This document shows positions 17,770-26,457 of a DNA stretch of 64,000 nucleotides, piece after piece. The DNA is taken from assembly GCA_045128275.1 (NCBI GenBank), contig JBGVRH010000102.1:360-64359 (forward strand). The letters run 5' to 3'. Positions within the stretch are counted from its first letter, which is position 1, and every line of letters starts with the position of its first letter. A program made the position numbers and the translations under genes. The DNA comes from Eubacteriales bacterium. GTDB taxonomy: Bacteria > Bacillota > Clostridia > Oscillospirales > CAG-272. Under the pieces are notes generated by a model. That model did no database searches. It was given only the letters and a program-made list of their open reading frames with translations, and was not told the origin of the DNA.

Positions 17770-18960
17770 ATGCAAATCACCAAAACCGACGCGGTCATTT
17801 CGTTGAATCTGACCGAATCCTTCAACCGCTACGTCCTGTCCTACACCGCCGACATCCCCCTGCGCTGTACCTTTACCTACGCCGAGCAAGGCGGACAGCG
17901 CACCGAGGAGTTCTTTCTGGAGGCAGGGGAGAACGTCACCTTCGCCTCCTACATGGACGGCTACCTCCGCCACATGACCGCCGAGGCCGCTCTGTCCATG
18001 ACCGTCCGCGCCATCACCCACGAGAGCGGCGAGTTTACCCTTCACGGCTTTGCGGTGGAGACCCATCCCGTGCTGGCCGAGAAGACCTTCTACTTTGAAA
18101 ACGACCGCTACAAGGTGGGCGTAGAGCTGTGCTGGGGCGGCGGACTGTCCTATTTGGAAGATAAAAAGTGCCCCGTGGAGGGCCTGGTCAATATTCTGAA
18201 CAACTTCGACACGGGCCGTCTGATCCAGCAGTCCTACTACGGCACGGGGGATCCGCCCTACGTCCGCGGCGAGTTCATGGGCAACAGCTGGTGCTACAAT
18301 CCCGTCCAGGGCGGCGACCGCGGCAACCACAAGTCCAAGCTGGTGGACGTCCGCATCACCGAGGGCGAGGTCTACGTCAAGTGCCGTCCCCGCGACTGGG
18401 GTCATGACGGCGGCACCACCTACTCCTACATGGAGAATTGGTACCGTCTGGACGGAGACTACCTTATCGTGGATAACCGCTTCGTGGATTTCTCGGGCTA
18501 CACCCACCCCATGGCCACCCAGGAGGTGCCCGCCTTCTATACAGTCAGCTACCTCAATAACTACTACTGGTACGACGGCGACAAGCCCTGGACGGACGAT
18601 GCCCTGTCGGTGAAGTCGGATCTGCCCTTCTGGCCCGACGACTGGCCCTACTGCACCTTCAAGCCCAAGGCGGGCAATACCGAGACCTGGAGCGCCTTCG
18701 TAGACGATGACGGCTACGGCCTGGGTCTGTACACCCCGAATATTACCCGCACCGTGGCGGGGCGGCATATGTACGACGGATCCAAGAATCCTCACGCTGC
18801 CTCCTGCAATTACATCGCTCCTCTGAAGGCCGTGAAGCTCCAATGCTTCAAGCCTGTGACCTACTCTTACCTCATTACGGCAGGTCAGCTCACCGAGATC
18901 CGCGCCCGCTTCAAGGCAAGGAAGGATGAGATCGCCAACACGGATTGGGACAATTACTGA
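17770..18960 (+). CDS. Hypothetical protein (396 aa), Trp/Tyr-rich; possibly carbohydrate-active
   Basis: RBS aaaggag lies 7 nt before the ATG at 17770, with a promoter-like TTGACA at 17709. Apparently co-transcribed with the downstream Gfo/Idh/MocA gene. No family recognised. Confidence 0.75.
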   Translation: MQITKTDAVISLNLTESFNRYVLSYTADIPLRCTFTYAEQGGQRTEEFFLEAGENVTFASYMDGYLRHMTAEAALSMTVRAITHESGEFTLHGFAVETHPVLAEKTFYFENDRYKVGVELCWGGGLSYLEDKKCPVEGLVNILNNFDTGRLIQQSYYGTGDPPYVRGEFMGNSWCYNPVQGGDRGNHKSKLVDVRITEGEVYVKCRPRDWGHDGGTTYSYMENWYRLDGDYLIVDNRFVDFSGYTHPMATQEVPAFYTVSYLNNYYWYDGDKPWTDDALSVKSDLPFWPDDWPYCTFKPKAGNTETWSAFVDDDGYGLGLYTPNITRTVAGRHMYDGSKNPHAASCNYIAPLKAVKLQCFKPVTYSYLITAGQLTEIRARFKARKDEIANTDWDNY

Positions 18961-18979
18961 TTACGGAAGGGAGAACATC

Positions 18980-20272
18980 ATGAAAAAAGTACGCATTGGA
19001 GTCCTGGGTGCCTACCGCGGCACCAGCATGATCAATTACTGCAAGCGAGCCGACCACGCCGAGGTGGTGGCCATCTGCGACAAGAGTCCCGAGGCTCTGG
19101 ATGCTCAGAGAGCCGACGCCGAGGGGCTGGATATTGCCTTCTACGAGAGGTTTGACGATTTCATCCAGCACGACATGGACGCGGTGGTGCTGGCCAACTA
19201 CGCCAACGAGCATGCCCCCTTCGCCATCCGCTGTCTCAAGAAGGGTCTCCACGTATTCTCCGAGGTGCTTCCCGTCCAGAACATGAAGGAGGCTGTGGAG
19301 CTGGTGGAGGCCGTGGAGGAGAGCGGTCTGGTCTATGCCTACGGCGAGAACTACTGCTACATGCCCGCCCCCTACGAGATGAAGAAGCTCTACCGACAGG
19401 GCGTGATCGGCGAGTTTGAGTACGGTGAGGGGGAGTACATCCACAACTGCGAGCCCATCTGGCACTCCATCACCTACGGCGAGGAGGATCACTGGCGCAA
19501 CAATATGTACGCCACCTTCTACTGCACCCACTCCCTGGGCCCCATCATCCACATGACGGGTCTTCGTCCCGTATCGGTGGTAGGCTTTGAGGGCACCAAG
19601 AATCAGCGCAATCTCCGCGTGGGCTCCAAGAGCGGCCAGTTCGGCATCGAGATGGTGACTTTGGAGAACGGCGGCATCGTCAAGTCCATCCACGGCGGTC
19701 TGTACAAGAACTCCATCTGGTATTCGGTGTACGGCTCCAAGGGGCGGCTGGAGTGCGGCCGCGAGGATGCCATGGACGGTCACATCGGCAAGCTCTACGT
19801 CAACAAGGACGAGTACGACGGCGGCTACGAGACGGGCTCTCTCAACGCCGTGTTCCCTCAGCACGCCCCCGAGGGAGAGGTGGAGGGCTTCGGCCACGGC
19901 GGCTCGGACTTCTTCTCCATGTACTACTTCATCAAAAAGATCCTGGGCGACGAGGATGCCGACACCATCGATGTCTACGAGGCTCTGGATATGTTCCTCC
20001 CCGGTCTCTTCGCCTACCGCTCGGTCATGGCGGGGGGCATCCCTCTGGAGCTGCCCAACCTCCGCGACAAGGCGGAGCGGGACAAGTGGAGACACGACAC
20101 CACCTGCACCGACCCCAAGGCGGCGGAGGATATGCTCCTGCCCACCTTCTCCAAAGGTACCCCCGAGATCCCCCAAGAGGTCTACGACCGCATGGCGAAG
20201 CTCTGGAACGAGGAGTGCGGCCAGACCGAGGGAACCTATCGGTCAGCGGCGCTGAGCCAGGGGAGCAAGTGA
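18980..20272 (+). CDS. Gfo/Idh/MocA family oxidoreductase (long form, 430 aa)
   Basis: MKKVRIGVLGAYRG Rossmann N-terminus and an EVLP motif. Start set at the ATG at 18980 after gggaga. Confidence 0.85.
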   Translation: MKKVRIGVLGAYRGTSMINYCKRADHAEVVAICDKSPEALDAQRADAEGLDIAFYERFDDFIQHDMDAVVLANYANEHAPFAIRCLKKGLHVFSEVLPVQNMKEAVELVEAVEESGLVYAYGENYCYMPAPYEMKKLYRQGVIGEFEYGEGEYIHNCEPIWHSITYGEEDHWRNNMYATFYCTHSLGPIIHMTGLRPVSVVGFEGTKNQRNLRVGSKSGQFGIEMVTLENGGIVKSIHGGLYKNSIWYSVYGSKGRLECGREDAMDGHIGKLYVNKDEYDGGYETGSLNAVFPQHAPEGEVEGFGHGGSDFFSMYYFIKKILGDEDADTIDVYEALDMFLPGLFAYRSVMAGGIPLELPNLRDKAERDKWRHDTTCTDPKAAEDMLLPTFSKGTPEIPQEVYDRMAKLWNEECGQTEGTYRSAALSQGSK

Positions 20273-20277
20273 TAAAC

Positions 20278-20441
20278 TGCGGTTTATCGGTCTGCGACCG
20301 AAAACCGCAATTAAAGTAATAAGTAATAGTGAATAGTGAAGAAGTGAGGAGGGAAACCTTCGGTTTCCTTCATTTCAATAAAAATGGACAGATCCGAAGG
20401 ATCTGCACCTCCACTCTTCACTTTTCACTCTTACCTCTAAC
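20278..20441. repeat. Nested palindromic repeat, family 1, copy C, with the leading hairpin tgcggtttatcgg..ccgaaaaccgca
   Basis: Core gggaaaccttcggtttcc...gacagatccgaaggatctgcacc. Arms are agtgaat/agtgaag heptads, mirrored by cttcact/tttcact. Confidence 0.85.
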
Positions 20442-20450
20442 CTAATACAG

Positions 20451-20487
20451 ATCCCGCCCGCCGATTTCTCGGCAGGCGGGATTTTCT
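20451..20487. terminator. Hairpin terminator between convergent genes
   Basis: Stem atcccgcccgcc / ggcaggcgggat, followed by tttct. Confidence 0.6.
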
Positions 20488-20511
20488 GTTCGATTCGGGA
20501 TAAATCGCGTG

Positions 20512-22167
20512 TTAGTCCTTCTTCTTCAGAGCCACAGCGGCGGCCATTGCGGAGAGAACCGCGGCCACGCCGAAGCTGATGGAAGCACCGCAGCCCTTCT
20601 TATCGACGAGAATGTCAACATCCGTTTCGGTGGCGGTGCCGTCGGGAGCCTGGGTGGCATCCTCGGGAGCGGTGGTCTCCTCGGCGGGGACGGTGGTCTC
20701 CTCCTCGGCGGCGGTGGTATCCTCGTCCTTGCCGGGCTTGCCGTCGGGATCGTACTCGCTCTCGAAGTAGAGATCGTAGGGATCCTCCTGGTAGAACTTG
20801 ATCCAGGCGATATCCATGGTCTCCTGGGCGGTGTCGTCGGCATAGTAGAAGGGGACCAGGCCCAGATTCAGGATGAAGTGGTTCCAGGAGGCCTCCTCGG
20901 TCATGTAGAAAATGACGGTGTGCCACTCGCCGTCGGTGCCGATCAGCTCGCTGTAGGCCATATCAAGGTTGTACTCGGGGTTATTGACGGTGCGGTAGAG
21001 GATACCCAGCTCGTCGCCGTCTGCAAAGGAGGTGCGGTACTTGACCACCACGTGGTCGCCCGAGCCGGCCAGGATCCTCTTGGGATACTTGTTGCTGAAG
21101 ACGTAGGGCACATTAGCGTCCACGGCGAAGGAGGTGATGCGCATGAAGGACTCCTCGCCCTCGGTCACGAAGTCCACACCGGCGTTCTCGGCCTCAAAGG
21201 TCTTCACCACAGCCTCGTCGGAAAGGTCGATGACCTCCATCAGGCCGAATTCCTTGTCCTCCTCGCTCATGCCGGGGATATCCTCGGGCTTGATCTCCAG
21301 GCCGTCGGGCTTACCCACGAAGGTGATGCGGGCGAAGTACTGGGGACACTTGCCCGAATACTGACCGCCGATACCGTGGGTGAAGGCCAGCTGCCAGGTC
21401 TCGTTGGTGTTCTGGGCCTGACCATTGACAGCCAGGATCCAGCCGTAGTTGACCTCATCGTTGTTCTCCACCAGACGCTCCAGACCCATGACGGACTGGA
21501 GGTGGACACGCATCTCATAGACCAGCACCTGGTTCTCGGCATCGTAGGAGCCCACGAAGTCGGTGCCTGCCTCGGGGCAGTACTGACCCGCCCAGTTGAA
21601 GGTGATCTGATCCCCGGTCACACTGTGGACACCGCAGCCCAGCTCCACGTAGGTGTCATCCTTACCGACACAACCCACGTCGGCAAAGCCTACCTGAAGG
21701 CAGTTGTAGGCGTAGAGCAGCACGTCCTGCTCGGGATCGCACTTGTAACCGTTGAGGCACTTGATCTCAAAGGCGATGTACATGTAGACACCGTCCCAGC
21801 CCCAGTAAGCGTCGAAGAAATCCTGCTGGGTGGAGTTGTAGAACTCGGTGAACTCCTCCTCGGTGGTACCACCCACGGCGGGGTTGGAATCGTCGCCGAT
21901 GGGAGCCATCCAGGACAGGTAGTCCTCGTACAGCTCGAAGGGCATATACTCGGTCTTGCCGATCTCACCGTCGATGGTGGGCTGAATGTGCAGGAAGGGG
22001 ACCTCCCAGCCTACCTGGCCCTCACCGGCCTCGCCGGCCAGGATCTCGTCGATGTTCTTGGCGTTCTCCACCCAGTAGCCCGACTCCTGGGTCGCGGCGG
22101 AGGCGCAGAGGATGCCTGCCGTCAGCAGGGCGGTGATACAAACGAGAATGGCGATATACTTTTTCAT
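20512..22167 (-). CDS. Secreted CBM9/DOMON-like protein with a T/E/A/P-rich linker and a C-terminal GCGA-TM-LKKKD sorting-type signal
   Basis: Signal peptide MKKYIAILVCITALLTAGILCASA, an IDGEIGKTEY motif, and the C-terminus KKGCGASISFGVAAVLSAMAAAVALKKKD. Start cat at 22165-22167 with RBS aggaga. Confidence 0.85.
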   Translation of the reverse strand: MKKYIAILVCITALLTAGILCASAATQESGYWVENAKNIDEILAGEAGEGQVGWEVPFLHIQPTIDGEIGKTEYMPFELYEDYLSWMAPIGDDSNPAVGGTTEEEFTEFYNSTQQDFFDAYWGWDGVYMYIAFEIKCLNGYKCDPEQDVLLYAYNCLQVGFADVGCVGKDDTYVELGCGVHSVTGDQITFNWAGQYCPEAGTDFVGSYDAENQVLVYEMRVHLQSVMGLERLVENNDEVNYGWILAVNGQAQNTNETWQLAFTHGIGGQYSGKCPQYFARITFVGKPDGLEIKPEDIPGMSEEDKEFGLMEVIDLSDEAVVKTFEAENAGVDFVTEGEESFMRITSFAVDANVPYVFSNKYPKRILAGSGDHVVVKYRTSFADGDELGILYRTVNNPEYNLDMAYSELIGTDGEWHTVIFYMTEEASWNHFILNLGLVPFYYADDTAQETMDIAWIKFYQEDPYDLYFESEYDPDGKPGKDEDTTAAEEETTVPAEETTAPEDATQAPDGTATETDVDILVDKKGCGASISFGVAAVLSAMAAAVALKKKD

Positions 22168-22216
22168 AACCGTTTCTCCTTTACAATAAGGTTGCGCACA
22201 ACCGTACACTACCCCT

Positions 22217-22245
22217 ATTATAGCAACCGCCGTCGGAATTGTCAA
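22217..22245 (-). promoter_or_regulatory. Sigma-A type promoter directly upstream of the secreted-protein gene
   Basis: Minus strand reads TTGACA, a 17-nt spacer and TATAAT. Confidence 0.55.
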
Positions 22246-22387
22246 CCGACCGCCTTCCTTTTTGTATATCTATACAAAAAGTTTGCCATTATATACAAAA
22301 AAGCGATCCCGCGCCGAGGCGCGGGGTAAGGGGGATAGGAGGAATACGGTCATGCTCCGAGCCTCGGCATCGGAGGGAGGAAAAGGA

Positions 22388-24043
22388 TCAAACAGTCATA
22401 CGGACGAATGCCCCCAGAGCGGGGTCGCCCGTGTCGGTGAGCCAGCCGTCGGAAAGGGCGCGGTGCAGGATCAGCTCCCGCTTGAAGCCCGTGCTCATGG
22501 AGACCAGCGCCAGGATATGCTCATCCTCCCGCAGGTGGGCGGGGAGGTCAGCGGTGAGGATGCCCTTCGCGTACTCGCTCAGACCCAGAATGATCTCCCG
22601 CACACGGACGACCAGGCTGTGAAGCTCCTCCCGCTCGGCGGGGGTAAAGGCGGCGGTGCGGTCGGCCATGTCGAAGTGGAGGACAGCGGACTTGTAGCCC
22701 TCCTCGGTGGAGCGGAGGTAGCCGATCTCGGCCAGCTGTTCCAGATAGGTAGGGTCTGCGGTACAGGGCGTACCCGTAGCCTCGGCGCGGACGACCTCAC
22801 CCAGGGCGTCGGCCGGCTTGCCGTCCAGATACTCGGGTGTACGATCCATGATATACTCGTAGTAGAATTTATACTGCTGGAAGCACACCTCGGTGTCGGA
22901 CGAGCCGTGGAGACCCACGAAATACTCGGGGATGTTGATGACGTTTTTGCCGTCGGAGGTCATAGCATTGGTTTTGCCCTGATAGCCGATGATGTCCCAC
23001 TGGCCGCCGTCGGGTCGCTTTGTCCACCAGCCGTGCAGGTTCACCTTGCCGAAGGCCTCATATTGGATGGTATCCAAGGCCTGCATGAGCAGCGTCCACT
23101 TGGCGGTCTCATAGTCCTGCCCGCCCCGATAAGGCTTGACTCCGTGGGCGTGACACAGAGCCACGTAGCGGTCAACCAGGGTCTCCAGAAGATCCGCCAT
23201 CTCGTCTTGCAGCTCGACCTGACGCTTGTTGCACGCCTGCCAGGCCTCACGGCTGATAATGGGGAAGGCGGTCTGATATTTGATCCCCGCCGCCGTCTCC
23301 ACGGTGGACAGGAAGGTCTCGCGGACCAGGAAATCCAGCTCGCTCTGCATATAGGGAAGGGCGACGCCCAGGGCGATGGCCAGCTCCTCGGCGGTCTCGG
23401 GGGTGTCGTAGACCTCCAGGAAAATATTCTGGTACAGGGGGTGGTTCAGAATGCGCCAGGGCTGACCGAAGGCACCAAAGGAGGAGCAATTGTTGACAAA
23501 CTCAATCTCCTCGGGCTTGTAGCTTCTGATTCCGAATTCTCTTGCCATATTCATTCCTTCTTTCATATGTTTTCGAGCGCGGTGAAGCCTCGCCAGCACC
23601 GTCCCGCGGGGGATGCCCAGCTCGTCGGCAATATCCTGCACCGAGCGATCCTCGATGTAGTGGGCCACCAGCACACGGCGGTAGTCCTCGCGGATGAAGG
23701 CCAGCTCCCGACGGAGGGTGTTCAGCCGCTCGGGGTCTGTGCCGTCGTCCTCGTCCATAATCCCCGGCTCAGTGGGCAGCTCATCTCCGGATATGAGCTG
23801 ACTGCGTTTGTTCTTGGCATCTGCCCAGCGGCTGTACCGATTGCGGGCGATGCGCCAGACCCAACCCGCAAAATTCGCGGGAACCGTCCCCTTTCGCAGG
23901 GCGGCCATGATCTCGCAGGTGATCTCGGAGGCCAGATCCTCGGCCTCGGTGGGATCGCCGCACTTGCGCAGGCAGAAGTAGAACACCTTCTCCATGTAGT
24001 CGGCGGCGTACTGCTCCATGAGGGCTTCGGGGGTGGGATTCAT
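22388..24043 (-). CDS. ECF-type sigma-70 family factor with a roughly 370-aa C-terminal extension
   Basis: The N-terminal 180 aa contain region 2 (AEDLASEI...WVWRIARNRYSRW) and a region 4 HTH (SVQDIADELGIPRGTVLARLHRARKHM). No TM segment is seen in the remainder. Confidence 0.85.
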   Translation of the reverse strand: MNPTPEALMEQYAADYMEKVFYFCLRKCGDPTEAEDLASEITCEIMAALRKGTVPANFAGWVWRIARNRYSRWADAKNKRSQLISGDELPTEPGIMDEDDGTDPERLNTLRRELAFIREDYRRVLVAHYIEDRSVQDIADELGIPRGTVLARLHRARKHMKEGMNMAREFGIRSYKPEEIEFVNNCSSFGAFGQPWRILNHPLYQNIFLEVYDTPETAEELAIALGVALPYMQSELDFLVRETFLSTVETAAGIKYQTAFPIISREAWQACNKRQVELQDEMADLLETLVDRYVALCHAHGVKPYRGGQDYETAKWTLLMQALDTIQYEAFGKVNLHGWWTKRPDGGQWDIIGYQGKTNAMTSDGKNVINIPEYFVGLHGSSDTEVCFQQYKFYYEYIMDRTPEYLDGKPADALGEVVRAEATGTPCTADPTYLEQLAEIGYLRSTEEGYKSAVLHFDMADRTAAFTPAEREELHSLVVRVREIILGLSEYAKGILTADLPAHLREDEHILALVSMSTGFKRELILHRALSDGWLTDTGDPALGAFVRMTV

Positions 24044-24141
24044 GACGGACTCCTTTCAAGAAACGGGTACTTGGGCGGCAGGGCTTTCGCGCTCCACTCA
24101 TATAGTGTCGGGAATGCGGATATGATTGCGGTCTCCGAAAA

Positions 24142-24174
24142 GAAAAATTTACCCCAACCGAAGGTCGGGGTAAA
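24142..24174 (-). terminator. Rho-independent terminator after the thiamine pyrophosphokinase gene
   Basis: Stem ttaccccaacc / ggtcggggtaa with TTTTT on the minus strand. Confidence 0.6.
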
Positions 24175-24214
24175 AGCAAACTGACGCCATAATTCCTGTG
24201 AGCGAGACGGAAGC

Positions 24215-24841
24215 TCACGCATCCCGCGACTCGATGATGAACACCCCGCCCTTTTTCACCGATATGAACGCCACGTTCCCCGTGATCTCGTTGGAGACGG
24301 CGAACTGGTGGGAGCGGCGGAGGGTAGCCTTCTTCAAGGGGTACTTACAGCCCTCGATATCCACCCCCTTGACCACCTCGTCGGCGGCGATGAGGGAGAG
24401 GTACTTGTAGGGACTGCGGGCGATGAGGGTGGAGGTAGACTTCATGTAGCGTGCGCGGTTCTGGCCGTCGGTGACGGTGCAGTAGACCCCGCGGGTGTTC
24501 AGATCCTCTAAGATGGCCAGGGTAGACAGGGTGTGATCCAGCCGCCCCGACAGGCCTCCGATGATGATGATCTCGTCAGCTCCCCGCTCCAGGGCGATCT
24601 CCACCGCCAGCTGGGTGTCGGTGTAGTCCTTCTCGGCGGGGACCCGTTGGATCTCCATCCCCTCGTCCCCGGGGACCGAGCCGATGGAGTCGAAGTCCCC
24701 CAAAAGGAGGTCGATGCGCTCCCCCAGAGCCTTGGCGGTATGGTAGCCCTGATCGGCGGCGATACAGAGATCGTCGGCCTTGGGGTGCTCGGTGATGGAT
24801 TCGGTGCGGACGGTGCCGCCTGTGTAGATGAATGCGCGCAT
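24215..24841 (-). CDS. thiN: Thiamine pyrophosphokinase
   Basis: GDFDS motif, EKDYTD, GGLSGRLDH and a C-terminal thiamine-binding beta domain. Start set at MRAFIYTGG (cat at 24839-24841). Confidence 0.9.
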   Translation of the reverse strand: MRAFIYTGGTVRTESITEHPKADDLCIAADQGYHTAKALGERIDLLLGDFDSIGSVPGDEGMEIQRVPAEKDYTDTQLAVEIALERGADEIIIIGGLSGRLDHTLSTLAILEDLNTRGVYCTVTDGQNRARYMKSTSTLIARSPYKYLSLIAADEVVKGVDIEGCKYPLKKATLRRSHQFAVSNEITGNVAFISVKKGGVFIIESRDA

Positions 24842-24922
24842 GGGGGCCTCCTTCGGTACAGGATCACGCAAAAAAAGGCGTATAAAAAGCAAAATCCCCA
24901 AGGCTTTCGCCTTGGGGGTATT

Positions 24923-25014
24923 TGGCGGAGAGGGAGGGATTCGAACCCTCGTTGGGGTATTAGCCCAAACACGATTTCCAGTCGTGCGCCTTAGACCAGC
25001 TCAGCCACCTCTCC
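24923..25014 (-). tRNA. tRNA-Ser (anticodon GGA)
   Basis: Folds by hand into a cloverleaf: acceptor GGAGAGG/CCTCTCC, anticodon stem CACGA/TCGTG with loop CTGGAAA, a long variable arm, T-arm GAGGG-TTCGAAT-CCCTC and an encoded CCA. Confidence 0.93.
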
Positions 25015-25040
25015 ATGGGTGTCGTTCTGGCGACTGGACT

Positions 25041-25069
25041 ATGATACCACAAAAAAAGGAATTTGTCAA
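25041..25069 (-). promoter_or_regulatory. Sigma-A type promoter of tRNA-Ser
   Basis: Minus strand reads TTGACA, a 17-nt spacer and TATCAT. It lies about 25 nt upstream of the mature tRNA 5' end. Confidence 0.6.
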
Positions 25070-25125
25070 GAGGTTTTTGAAATTTTTTTTGATTTTTCGC
25101 AAAAATCTTTTGGTGAGGTCAATTT

Positions 25126-25662
25126 TCACCCCACAGCCCGCCTCGCGGCCTCTGATACAGGGACAGGATCCTCACACAAAACAAGAAGCACCCAGTTCCC
25201 CTCCACCGCCACCCGACCGCCCTCGGCCGCCTCCCTCCACTTGCTTTCCGCAAATCCCCGCGCCAGGGTGTCCAGCCGTCCGCGGCAGAGAGCCGCTACC
25301 TCTCCGGCGGTGTCTCCGTCGGCACAGCGGAAGACCCCCAGCTCAAAGGGGTAGGGGGACACCGAGAGGTAGAGGGCTGCATCCTGCACGGGACGGCTGT
25401 GGGCGGAGTCCTCACCCAGAAGCCCCCGCGCGGCCTCGCCGTACAGGGCGGAGAGGAAGGTCTCGGTCAGGTAGTCGGGGGAATCGACAGGGGCAGAGGA
25501 GAGGCGGATCACACCGTCGGGGAGAGGCTGGGCGGTGTCGGTCACGGCGGTCAGCATAGCGGTCAGCACCTCCGAGGCGGCGTGGGGAGGGTCGCTTGTT
25601 CCGCAGGCGGAGAGCAACAGAGCGGCGGACAGGAGCAGGGTAAGCAGGTAACGCGGGCGCAT
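25126..25662 (-). CDS. Lipoprotein (DUF4358-like)
   Basis: Signal peptide with lipobox LLSAC (MRPRYLLTLLLSAALLLSACG). Start cat at 25660-25662. Confidence 0.75.
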   Translation of the reverse strand: MRPRYLLTLLLSAALLLSACGTSDPPHAASEVLTAMLTAVTDTAQPLPDGVIRLSSAPVDSPDYLTETFLSALYGEAARGLLGEDSAHSRPVQDAALYLSVSPYPFELGVFRCADGDTAGEVAALCRGRLDTLARGFAESKWREAAEGGRVAVEGNWVLLVLCEDPVPVSEAARRAVG

Positions 25663-25833
25663 GGGGACTCCTTTCGGGAAATGCAAAATCTCCGAGCAAG
25701 CTCGGCGGAACGGAAAACCGACTCCGATACCGCATTTTATGCGCCGGGGGAGGAAATTATCGCAAAAGCTCTTGCGGAAATCCCGCCGATATGGTACAAT
25801 AAGGGTAACAGATCCCCCAAAAAGGAGAACGAG

Positions 25834-26343
25834 ATGAGAAATCCCATGATGCCCGACTATATGTTCCGCGCCTTCGACGAGATCACCCCCGCGTTCCTTG
25901 CGTCTCTGGGGGTCAAGGCCATCCTCGCGGACATTGATAATACCTTAGCCCCCTACGAGCAGCCCGAGCCCGATGAGCGCATCAAGGGCTGGATCGCTTC
26001 CCTCGCCGAGGCGGGCATCGGCATCGCCTTCGTGTCCAACAACGATTGGGAGCGGGTGGAGCTGTTCAACCGCACCTTGGGTATCCCCGCCTACGCCAAG
26101 AGCGGCAAGCCCTTCAAGAAGAACCTCGTCAAGGCCATGAACGACCTGGGCGGGACTCTGAATACCACCGTCATGCTGGGGGATCAGCTCCTCACCGACG
26201 CCCTGGCGGGGCATAACCTGGGGGTCAAGTGCCTCATCGTGCCCCCCATTCGGGACAAGAAGAACGCGTTCTTCCGATTCAAGCGGTGGCTGGAGAAGCC
26301 TGTTGTTAAGAAGTTCAAGAGGAGGAACGGGATCGAGTGGTGA
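25834..26343 (+). CDS. yqeG: YqeG family HAD-IIIA phosphatase
   Basis: DIDNTL catalytic motif, VSNN and GDQLLTD. RBS aaaaggaga before the ATG at 25834. Confidence 0.88.
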   Translation: MRNPMMPDYMFRAFDEITPAFLASLGVKAILADIDNTLAPYEQPEPDERIKGWIASLAEAGIGIAFVSNNDWERVELFNRTLGIPAYAKSGKPFKKNLVKAMNDLGGTLNTTVMLGDQLLTDALAGHNLGVKCLIVPPIRDKKNAFFRFKRWLEKPVVKKFKRRNGIEW

Positions 26344-26457
26344 GCCCTCCCGGTTCGGTTGAGGCCACCTATCAAAATGGTTGATTGACTTTTCCACGCG
26401 GTCGGTATATGATATAGATGCAAGCTATATGCCCCAAAAGCAAGAAAGGAGACCACC

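Noticed and set aside
676-20176. Other long antisense ORFs: 676-1536 (+), 1815-3248 (+), 3441-4418 (+), 4726-5865 (+), 9322-10986 (+), 15568-17055 (+), 17626-18843 (-) and 18911-20176 (-)
   Set aside because: Each overlaps, on the opposite strand, a gene with clear family motifs. None has a credible RBS or recognisable domain.
20509-24184. 606-aa and 640-aa plus-strand ORFs (20509-22329, 22262-24184)
   Set aside because: These are antisense shadows of the secreted-protein and sigma-factor genes. The translations are G/L/V/A-rich with no motifs, and the minus-strand products have a signal peptide and sigma motifs.
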